The notes under the pieces were generated by a model, which ran no database searches, was not told where the DNA came from, and worked only from the letters and a program-made list of their open reading frames with translations. From assembly GCF_035285525.1 (NCBI RefSeq), contig NZ_JAYKGW010000243.1, positions 1-17,352 of the forward strand: a stretch of 17,352 nucleotides of DNA. The letters run 5' to 3'. The DNA is from Okeania sp. GTDB lineage: Bacteria; Cyanobacteriota; Cyanobacteriia; Cyanobacteriales; Microcoleaceae. The translations under genes were made by a program, and so were the position numbers. Shown in pieces: positions 6,710 to 13,643 of the stretch; within the stretch, counting starts at the first letter, position 1; each line of letters opens with the position of its first letter.

Positions 6710-8221
6710 GTGATTGAAGTAGAAGTCCATCAATCCCTACTAAATTTTTTACAATCGCAAAATCAACCTTACTGGCCTCATAATTTAACAATGGCACGGT
6801 TAGTGGCAAGAGCTTTGCGACTGGGACGTAGTGCTTTAATTCAAACAGCTTCTCCACCAGGTAGCCATAATCAAGAATATCAATTGAGTTATCTACTACC
6901 AATCTTAATGTGGCCTCAAAAAACCATATTAGTTACTCCTCAACCAGTACAAGAACATTTACTTACTGTGGAAATTCCCAGGTTGCTAGCCAACCAATCT
7001 CAGATTAGTCCATTACTTTCTCAAAAAGCAATCCAAACTTATCCTCTACAAGACCCTAATTTTGATGGACTATTACTGATAACTCCTGAAGCTTGGTTAG
7101 CTAAACAATGGCAGGATCAAGATTTTTCTCAAGGTATTCCCACAATTATTGACTGGGCAGACAATCTCGAAACTTGGGCACAAAATTATTTAACTGCTAG
7201 CTTTTTACCTACTGGCTGGAATCAACTAATGGAAGTTTATCCGGAGCAAGCTGACTTGATTCGTGAAACTAGGATAAATTTAACGCGATCGCTTTTCCAA
7301 CATCCAGCTAATCCCTACAACTGCTATTTAATTGAACAAGATGAGGAACAAATTTTACAAAATCTCGTCTATAATAGTTTATCTTTACCTCTAGAGAAAT
7401 ATGATTTTTGGTTTCAGTGGCAAAGCAGTGGACAATTAAAGTGGGCAGAAATTCATCGTCAGAGAGGCTCATTTTCTTTGTACTGTACTCCTTATGATTT
7501 ATCTGAAGCTCTCAAAAATATTTGGACTAAACAACCAGTCGTAATTATTGGAGGAGCATTAGATTTAAAAAGGAAAGCTGATAGTTATAGACAGATGGTG
7601 GGACTAGGAGAGATAACTTGTGTTAAATTTTCTCCTGATCGTCGCCATGAGATGATTCAATTATATTTGCCTAATGGTTTACCTCTGCCAAATACACCTC
7701 AATTTCAAACAGTATTAACTACAGAAATTAGAAGTTTATTGCATATTAGTTCTAATGGTATTAATGGATTAATAGTAATTATTATCGGAGATGTACCACT
7801 GAAAACTCAAGTGGGTGCTGCTTTGGCTTCTGAATTTGGTTCGAGAGTTCAGGTAGAAACAGTTTCTGCTGAAGAAAATACTATTTTAATTACTGGTTGG
7901 GAATTTTGGCAAGAACATCAAAGAGAACTCCCAGCACCTAAATTATTAATAATTACTACATTACCTCTTCCATCTTTAGAACATCCGTTAGTATCTGGAC
8001 GAGTAAATTATTATAAGCAAAGGGGTTTAGATTGGTTTAGACTATACCTGTTACCAAAAGCATTACAAGAGTTGCAACGTGCTATTGCCTCTGCGCGAGA
8101 GTCTCAAGGTGTGGTTGCTGTGTTAGATAATCGTGTGATTTATCGTAGTTATGGTAAACAAATTTTAGCAGCTCTTAGCCCCTTTGCCAAAATTAATTCC
8201 TTAGATACTATTTGGTTATAA
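6710..8221 (+). CDS. DinG/Rad3-like helicase-family protein with degenerate ATPase motifs
   Basis: 503-aa ORF with a GTG start 5 nt after the paralog 3 stop. It is collinear with DinG-type motifs: ALIQTASPPGSHNQEYQLSYLLP where the P-loop is expected, LLLITPEAWL, IIDWADNLE where IIDEAHNLE is expected, LPLPSLEHPL, QRAIASARESQGVVAVLDNRV and YG..IL..L at the C-terminus. There is no GK[ST] anywhere in the protein. Confidence 0.7.
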   Translation: MIEVEVHQSLLNFLQSQNQPYWPHNLTMARLVARALRLGRSALIQTASPPGSHNQEYQLSYLLPILMWPQKTILVTPQPVQEHLLTVEIPRLLANQSQISPLLSQKAIQTYPLQDPNFDGLLLITPEAWLAKQWQDQDFSQGIPTIIDWADNLETWAQNYLTASFLPTGWNQLMEVYPEQADLIRETRINLTRSLFQHPANPYNCYLIEQDEEQILQNLVYNSLSLPLEKYDFWFQWQSSGQLKWAEIHRQRGSFSLYCTPYDLSEALKNIWTKQPVVIIGGALDLKRKADSYRQMVGLGEITCVKFSPDRRHEMIQLYLPNGLPLPNTPQFQTVLTTEIRSLLHISSNGINGLIVIIIGDVPLKTQVGAALASEFGSRVQVETVSAEENTILITGWEFWQEHQRELPAPKLLIITTLPLPSLEHPLVSGRVNYYKQRGLDWFRLYLLPKALQELQRAIASARESQGVVAVLDNRVIYRSYGKQILAALSPFAKINSLDTIWL

Positions 8222-8272
8222 AAGAGGGAACAGGGAACAGAGAGACAAAGAAGCCCGGAGACGGGGAGACAA

Positions 8273-8296
8273 AGAAACCGGGTTTCTGGGTTGGCT
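8273..8296. repeat. 24-nt repeat containing the palindrome GAAACCGGGTTTC, copy 1
   Basis: AGAAACCGGGTTTCTGGGTTGGCT. Recurs at 8454-8477 (23/24) and, as AGAAACCAGGTTTCTGGGT, at 13708-13726. Confidence 0.8.
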
Positions 8297-8389
8297 GAGA
8301 TAGACTTACAGGAGCAGGATGCAGGGTTCCCGAAAAATGTCACTAAATTTAAGGGTAAAAAAATCACTCTTGTCATCCTTTTATTAAAC

Positions 8390-8448
8390 AGGACTTACCC
8401 ATCTAGTAACGTACCGATAGCCTATATTTAGTCCTTTGCGTAATTCCT
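8390..8448. mobile_element. Small inverted-repeat element, family B, short copy
   Basis: AGGACTTACCC ... TGCGTAATTCCT. Same termini as 13644-13743. Confidence 0.45.
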
Positions 8449-8453
8449 ATTCA

Positions 8454-8477
8454 AGAAACCGGGTTTCTGGGTGGGCT
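8454..8477. repeat. 24-nt repeat containing the palindrome GAAACCGGGTTTC, copy 2
   Basis: AGAAACCGGGTTTCTGGGTGGGCT, 181 nt downstream of copy 1 and 5 nt after the family B element end. Confidence 0.8.
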
Positions 8478-8625
8478 ATAGTTTTTGAATTATTACAATC
8501 TATTTCTTTCTACCTTATTTTACTTGATATTTTTTTTAATATAAACTTTACAAACTGACTTTATATTTACTGATCGTTATTGTTATTATCTATATATAAA
8601 TTGTCAAATAAAGGTTTATAAATTT

Positions 8626-8838
8626 ATGGGTGAAGCAAAGCGTCGAAAAGAAGCATTGGGAGAAGAATACGGTAAAGAAACACGGTTTATTTCTTGGCTA
8701 CCAATCACTAAAAGTCAAAGTGAACAATTTATGAAGTTGACTACAACTGGTGCATGGACTGGTATTGTATTTCTTATTCTGGCATGGTCAACAGTTAGAT
8801 TTATCGGTCCTGCTTTTGGATGGTGGCAAGTTGAATAA
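8626..8838 (+). CDS. Small conserved cyanobacterial membrane protein (DUF2839-like)
   Basis: 70-aa ORF starting MGEAKRRKEALGEEYG, with one hydrophobic helix (GAWTGIVFLILAWSTVRFIGPAFGWW). The family name is recalled from memory and not verified. Confidence 0.65.
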   Translation: MGEAKRRKEALGEEYGKETRFISWLPITKSQSEQFMKLTTTGAWTGIVFLILAWSTVRFIGPAFGWWQVE

Positions 8839-8929
8839 CTTTTTGTGAAACATTTAGCTATAAGCTATTAGTTATTAACTCCAGAAATGTTTTTCAGGAG
8901 GAATTAGTCTGGAAGAACTAATATATAAA

Positions 8930-9174
8930 TAGGGCTTGTTGAATAAGTCTTTTAGTTAAGAATAGGAGTCAGAATCCAAAATCGGTAAATCCAGAAATCA
9001 GGGGAACTATAGAGGAGGTAGTCAGAATAATTCTCCCTTGAATTTCTGCCCTTTTCTTGCCAAAAATGCACTCTTTTTTGACCATAAATATCTGAAAAAT
9101 AGGTACTTTTTTCAGACATAAAAAGGCTAAAAATTTATATATCAATTTTTTTATATTTAATCAGCAAACCCTAA
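8930..9174. mobile_element. MITE-like element, family A, full copy
   Basis: TAGGGCTTGTTGAATAAGTCTTTTAG ... TTATATTTAATCAGCAAACCCTAA form terminal inverted repeats. The internal sequence is collinear with 2917-3212. Confidence 0.65.
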
Positions 9175-9259
9175 ATAAAAATATCGTCAGTTAACCTTAG
9201 TAAGTTATTACATTTAAAATCTTAATGCTTACCTTTTTGTTTACTAAAATTAGAAAAAA

Positions 9260-9298
9260 CTATAGCCAAAATCAACATAGACTTTGGCTATAGTTTTT
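9260..9298. terminator. Hairpin with flanking A-run and T-run (terminator-like, possibly bidirectional)
   Basis: The 11-bp perfect stem CTATAGCCAAA/TTTGGCTATAG (9260-9270 and 9283-9293) has a 12-nt loop. It is preceded by AAAAAA (9254-9259) and followed by TTTTT (9294-9298). No annotated gene ends nearby. Confidence 0.4.
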
Positions 9299-9365
9299 GA
9301 TATTTTTCAAATAAAAAATTAAGATTAACATTTTAAGATAAATTCCTAAAATTCAAGTTATTAGC

Positions 9366-9624
9366 TAGAGTTTGGGTATGGAAGTTCTTTTTGCGGAGGT
9401 AGGGAGTAGGAAGTATTGAAGAGTAAGGATAAGCAGGAGGTTACATAGGAAATATTTGGAAAAATAGTTGCTTCATTTTTCTGCCATAGTTAACGTAAAA
9501 TGCTAGGTTTTTGATTTTTCGGGAACCGTACCTTATCTGCCTAAAAATTTGAACTTTTTCCGACCAGAAAAAGGGACTTACCTTTATCTATAAAATAATT
9601 TTATATTTAATCAGCAAGCCCTAG
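9366..9624. mobile_element. MITE-like element, family A, full copy
   Basis: Starts TAGAGTTTGGGTATGGAAGT, the reverse complement of the ...TTCCATACGCAAGCCCTAA type end. It contains GGTAGGGAGTAGGAAGTA and TTTTCGGGAACCGTA, and ends TTATATTTAATCAGCAAGCCCTAG. Confidence 0.6.
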
Positions 9625-10009
9625 TTAAGTATAGATAACTTGTGACTTATATTGATGATTCATTATTTATATAACATTGTATTTTGAATTTATCAAACAA
9701 TGCCACAGCAAAGCTTAATATTTTTATGCCTGAAAATACAAGGATTTGACTGAATGTTTTACTTGATACTTTACTCAATAAGCCGACCGGAAAAAGGTAC
9801 TTACCTTTTATCTATAAAATAATTTTAGATTTAATCAGCAAACTCTAGTTAAGTCTAGATAACTTCTGACTTATAGTGATGATTAATTATTTATATAACT
9901 TCACATTTTGAATTTCTCAAACAATGATTTCAGAAGCAAAGCTTAATAGTTTTATGCCTGAAACTACAGATATTTGACTGAATGTTGTACTTGATACTTT
10001 ACTCAATAA
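9560..10009. repeat. Tandem direct duplication, 2 units of about 223 bp
   Basis: Unit 1 (9560-9781) and unit 2 (9783-10009) align end to end with scattered substitutions and small indels. Each unit holds the last ~65 bp of a family A MITE plus ~160 bp of otherwise unique AT-rich sequence ending TTGACTGAATGTTNTACTTGATACTTTACTCAATAA. Confidence 0.9.
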
Positions 10010-10170
10010 TCCTATCAGTTAACCTAAAATACCTAGTGTTGAAGGCTAGTTGAGGGATATGCGCGAAAAAATAACAGGGTATATACTATATTCAAAAGTT
10101 AGACACCAAGATTTCCAAAAAACTTAACAAAGTGTAAAATTTCTGAGGTGTATTGAATAGGAGGATAATC

Positions 10171-10530
10171 GTGTTTCAGAGACTTGCAGAACAACATCGT
10201 CAATTTGTCAAGGACTTAGTAATGAATTTACAAGCTCTAGCGATTGTGCTAGAGAATAGAGGATACTTAGCCTCTTGTTACACTTGTGGAGGTCAAATGA
10301 ATAGTGCCTCATTTATGGTTAGTCTGGGAGAAAATCATCTGATTCGTTTTCTGGTATCAGATTATGGGATAACATGGACAGAGATGCGAGATGACCGTGA
10401 ATTAATGAAATTAGAAGGAGCTGAAGCAATTAGTCAATTACAAGAATTAGCTAATTTAGTGAAAAATCAGATTCAGTCTTGTCCTCATAAAATTAGGGAG
10501 GAGGATCTTAGTCTAAATAATGTAACATAG
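10171..10530 (+). CDS. Conserved cyanobacterial hypothetical protein (DUF1815-like)
   Basis: The ORF track starts at a TTG at 10153. An in-frame GTG at 10171 lies 5 nt after a perfect AGGAGG (10160-10165), giving MFQRLAEQHRQFVKDLVMNLQALAIVLENRGYLASCYTCGG... The family name is from memory. Confidence 0.6.
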   Translation: MFQRLAEQHRQFVKDLVMNLQALAIVLENRGYLASCYTCGGQMNSASFMVSLGENHLIRFLVSDYGITWTEMRDDRELMKLEGAEAISQLQELANLVKNQIQSCPHKIREEDLSLNNVT

Positions 10531-10628
10531 GTTCTATTAATGAATAATGAATAATTACCTCTGGTTAAAACTATGAGGAAATTGAATATGAGGAAATATT
10601 TCAGCACTTCTTTTCTTCTTAAAAGGAA

Positions 10629-10862
10629 AGGCTTTATACCTTTATTTGATGGGAAGATAAAGTGACTGGGGCAAAATTATAGAATAGCCTATTTTTAAAT
10701 TTACTCTGCCAAAATATTGATTCAATTTCTTTTACATAATTTATTTCTTTCTAACTTAAACAAAACTTGCCAAGCTAACATAGTAATCCTAAATAGGTTG
10801 AGACCAATCGAAAACTAGAAAGAAACTCTAAAAGTCTTACCAAAAAATGAGGTATAAAGCCT
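10629..10862. repeat. Segment of about 234 bp bounded by inverted repeats
   Basis: AGGCTTTATACCTTTATTT (10629 onward) pairs with the reverse complement of AAATGAGGTATAAAGCCT (ending 10862). The 12-bp core is perfect, with about 17 of 18-19 matching when extended. No ORF inside. Confidence 0.4.
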
Positions 10863-11221
10863 ACCCTGGTTCGGGGATGAAAAAATATTTAACTCAGTAT
10901 TTCCAGCTTCCGAGTTTAGTCGGAGTTTCACTCTCTACTGATAACTGAAATGACCCATTGCCCCAAAGCAGTGATATTTTCATATACAAATAAAATAGGA
11001 TTGCTATATATCAAGCTGGAAAGCCAAAATGTCAAGTTATGTGTAGTTTTACTTAAGAAAATTAATATAACTTTTAACTTAAACAATTAATCAGATTTAA
11101 CCAGATGTTAGTCTATAGATATGGAATAGATAAGTTAAAAGTATAAGATTAGCTGGACACAAATTACTACTAAGTAAAGTATCTAAATGTCTGGCAAAAT
11201 TAAGAAAGTTAAGAGTAAATT

Positions 11222-12100
11222 ATGAGTCTTCTAGAATCTCAATGGCAGCATTTTTTTGTAGATACCAATAATATTCGCCTACATTGTGTTACTCAAGGTG
11301 AGGGAGAATTAGTTATACTCCTGCATGGTTTCCCTGAATTTTGGTATTCTTGGCGGTATCAAATGCCAGCTTTAGCACGTCATTTTCGGGTTGTAGTCCC
11401 AGACTTACGAGGTTACAATGATTCTGAAAAACCAGATAATGGTTATGACCTAGATACTTTAGCAGCAGACATTCGAGGGTTAATCGAACGCTTGGGTTAT
11501 GTTAAAGCACATATAGTTGGCCATGATTTGGGAGGGGCGATCGCCTGGCATCTAGCCCAAAAATTTCCTCAATGTTTGAACCGTCTAGCAATTTTGAATG
11601 CAGCTCATCCCCAAAAACTAATTCAAGAAGTGGCCGTAAATTTAGATCAACTACGCAGAAGTTGGTATATATTAGCCTTTCAAGTACCTGGAGTTCCAGA
11701 ATGGCTAATTCAGCAAAACTTAAAAGAATTTATCAAAGAAATCTTTCAAGGACAAGCCATTCGCAAAAGTGCCTTTACTGCGGAAATTACTCAAATTTAT
11801 CAAGCAGCTTTAGAGAAACCAGGAGCTTTAGTAGCTGCAATTAATCATTATCGTCAATTTCTGTGGCCTCAAAACTGGCTCAGAAATTTCAATCCTAAAC
11901 CACAACAAGTTACAGCACCAACTTTAATATTATGGGGTAAAGAAGATTATTTTTTAAGCCAAAAACTTACAGAAGGTTTAGACAAATTAATAGCAGCTCC
12001 TTTCTGGTTAAAAGTTATTCCTGACTGTGGTCATTGGATCCAACAAGAAGTACCCTATACAGTAAATAGGGAACTATTGGATTTTTTTGGGAAAAATTAA
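11222..12100 (+). CDS. Alpha/beta-fold hydrolase, epoxide-hydrolase-like
   Basis: HGFPEFWYSWRYQMPALA is nearly identical to the soluble epoxide hydrolase HGFPESWYSWRYQIPALA block. The nucleophile motif GHDLGG, acid residue in WGKEDYF, catalytic His in DCGHWIQQE and cap motif INHYRQF are all present. Confidence 0.9.
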   Translation: MSLLESQWQHFFVDTNNIRLHCVTQGEGELVILLHGFPEFWYSWRYQMPALARHFRVVVPDLRGYNDSEKPDNGYDLDTLAADIRGLIERLGYVKAHIVGHDLGGAIAWHLAQKFPQCLNRLAILNAAHPQKLIQEVAVNLDQLRRSWYILAFQVPGVPEWLIQQNLKEFIKEIFQGQAIRKSAFTAEITQIYQAALEKPGALVAAINHYRQFLWPQNWLRNFNPKPQQVTAPTLILWGKEDYFLSQKLTEGLDKLIAAPFWLKVIPDCGHWIQQEVPYTVNRELLDFFGKN

Positions 12101-12101
12101 T

Positions 12102-12314
12102 TTGGATTTGCTGAATAAATATAAAATTATTGAAAACTCAAAGTTTGAGCTTTTTTAAGTGCTAAAAAAGTACCTAGTTTTTGATTTTTGTCGTTTCAAA
12201 ATGGTAGAGTTTTGTTACTTACAATTAGAAAATTTGTCCGTAGCAGATATTCTAATACTGTTCCCAGTTAAGTGTTCCCTACCTTCACCATCAGACTTTT
12301 TCAGCAAACCCTAA
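12102..12314. mobile_element. MITE-like element, family A, full copy starting 1 nt after the hydrolase stop codon
   Basis: TTGGATTTGCTGAATAAAT ... CAGACTTTTTCAGCAAACCCTAA form terminal inverted repeats. It contains the 20-mer TTCCCAGTTAAGTGTTCCCT. Confidence 0.6.
12261..12280. repeat. Dispersed 20-mer TTCCCAGTTAAGTGTTCCCT, copy 2
   Basis: Perfect match to 3279-3298, here inside the family A MITE at 12102-12314. Confidence 0.85.
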
Positions 12315-12330
12315 TTTTATTTTTAGTAAG

Positions 12331-12400
12331 TAAGGTTTACTGATTAAATATAAGAGTATTCATAGATCGAGATTTTCGTCTTTTTAGGGTCTGAAAAAGT
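12331..12400. repeat. Fragments of family A termini
   Basis: TAAGGTTTACTGATTAAATATAAG and TTAGGGTCTGAAAAAGTGG both resemble family A left ends. No matching right ends were found. Confidence 0.35.
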
Positions 12401-12486
12401 GGAAGTTTGTAGAGGGTTGGGAGACCAAACCCCTACGGTTGGAAACCTAAAACGGAACTATGACCCAACTAAAATATAGCTAAAAT

Positions 12487-13557
12487 TTACTCTTCTTCTG
12501 GAAGTTCATCATCATCTGTTTCATCAACCTGTGCCACAGAATTAGCAGAAACCACAGCACCTTGACTTAACTGATCTCGAACTTGCTTTTCAATTTTGTT
12601 GGCAAAATCAATATTTTCTTCCATATAAGTAATAGCTTTTTCTCGACCTTGAGCAAAATTACTTCCTTCATAACTATACCAAGCACCTCTACGCTTAATT
12701 ACATCTGTCTCTTCTGCTAAGTCAAGAACACAACCAAAACTAGAAATTCCCTTACCAAAAATAATATCAAATTCAGAAACACGAAATGGAGGAGCCACCT
12801 TATTTTTCGCTACTTTTACTTTAACATGAATACCATATTCCTCTGAAGATTTTTTCAGAGTTTGTGTACGACGAATATCAAGTCTGACCGAAGCATAGAA
12901 TTTCAGCGCATTACCACCAGTCGTAGTTTCTGGATTACCATAAACCACACCTATTTTCTGACGAAGTTGGTTGAGGAAAATTACCGTACAACCAGATTTA
13001 CCAATATTACCTGTAATTTTTCGTAATGCTTGACTCATCAAACGAGCTTGGAGACCCATGTGAGAATCTCCCATATCTCCCTCGATTTCAGCTCTAGGTA
13101 CTAATGCTGCTACCGAGTCAACAACCACAATATCGACAGCCACAGAACGAACCAAGTGATCCACTACTTCCAAGGCCATTTCACCAGTATCAGGTTGAGA
13201 GACCAATAAATTTTCTATATCTACTCCTAATGCAGCAGCATAAGTGGGATCTAAAGCGTGTTCTGCATCCACAAAAGCTGCTATACCTCCAGTTTTCTGA
13301 GTTTCAGCGATCGCGTGTAATGCCAAAGTGGTTTTTCCCGAACTTTCTGGGCCATAAATTTCAATAATTCGGCCCTTGGGTAAGCCACCTCCCAAGGCCA
13401 AGTCCAAAGTCAATGCCCCACTAGGAATTGTTTCTACCTTCATTCGGGTAGAATCTCCCAAACGGACAATTGACCCTTTACCAAAACTTTTTTCTATGGT
13501 TTTGAGGACTGAATCTAAAGCTTTTTGCTTTTCTTTATTATCTGTAGCTGAAGGCAT
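12487..13557 (-). CDS. recA: Recombinase RecA
   Basis: 356-aa ORF with Walker [10 protein letters not shown], the [10 protein letters not shown] block, VVVDSVAAL and [37 protein letters not shown], plus an acidic C-terminal tail. Confidence 0.98.
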   Translation of the reverse strand: MPSATDNKEKQKALDSVLKTIEKSFGKGSIVRLGDSTRMKVETIPSGALTLDLALGGGLPKGRIIEIYGPESSGKTTLALHAIAETQKTGGIAAFVDAEHALDPTYAAALGVDIENLLVSQPDTGEMALEVVDHLVRSVAVDIVVVDSVAALVPRAEIEGDMGDSHMGLQARLMSQALRKITGNIGKSGCTVIFLNQLRQKIGVVYGNPETTTGGNALKFYASVRLDIRRTQTLKKSSEEYGIHVKVKVAKNKVAPPFRVSEFDIIFGKGISSFGCVLDLAEETDVIKRRGAWYSYEGSNFAQGREKAITYMEENIDFANKIEKQVRDQLSQGAVVSANSVAQVDETDDDELPEEE

Positions 13558-13596
13558 TTGTTTTTTCCCAACTTTAATGGTTTTATATAAACTCTA

Positions 13597-13610
13597 TCTA
13601 CATTTGTACT
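13597..13610 (-). promoter_or_regulatory. Weak LexA-box-like site upstream of recA
   Basis: The minus strand reads AGTACAAATGTAGA against the cyanobacterial LexA consensus RGTACNNNDGTWCB. The left half is perfect and the last two positions of the right half mismatch. The site lies 40-53 nt upstream of the recA ATG, just upstream of a TATATAAA -10-like box (13583-13590). Confidence 0.25.
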
Positions 13611-13643
13611 TCATATATTTGGAATCTGCTGAACTCAACTAAT

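Noticed and set aside
6648-6902. 84-aa minus-strand ORF spanning the paralog 3/DinG-like junction
   Set aside because: It overlaps two supported plus-strand genes and has no motifs.
8149-8376. 75-aa minus-strand ORF overlapping the DinG-like 3' end and repeat DNA
   Set aside because: Most of it is translated repeat sequence (GGGAACA and GAGACAAAGAA repeats and the GAAACCGGGTTTC block). The peptide is low-complexity and Cys/Leu/Ser/Pro-rich (LCLPVSGLLCLSVPCS, ASCSCKS).
9560-10009. Tandem small-RNA array analogous to the NsiR1 repeats of heterocystous cyanobacteria
   Set aside because: There are only two units. A DIF-like ACCGGA is present only in unit 2 (ACCAGA in unit 1) and sits 21 nt from the TATAAA box. 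I found no GC-containing stem followed by a T-run inside the units. It is kept only as a generic untested ncRNA/promoter-duplication possibility.
9185-10025. 11-nt direct repeat TCAGTTAACCT at 9186 and 10015 as target-site duplication of an ~830-bp insertion
   Set aside because: By my estimate, tens of exact 11-mer pairs are expected by chance in a 17-kb window, and more in AT-rich DNA. No terminal inverted repeats adjoin these sites.
10573-10662. 29-aa ORF MRKLNMRKYFSTSFLLKRKGFIPLFDGKIK in the 690-bp spacer
   Set aside because: It is too short, begins within a direct repeat (ATGAGGAAAT twice), has no Shine-Dalgarno sequence, and nothing supports its translation.
11572-11844. 90-aa plus-strand alternative-frame ORF inside the hydrolase gene
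   Set aside because: It is out of frame within a gene whose annotated frame carries all catalytic motifs.
13104-13642. Two plus-strand ORFs (13104-13367 and 13376-13642) antisense to recA
   Set aside because: They are shadow ORFs opposite a near-universally conserved gene.
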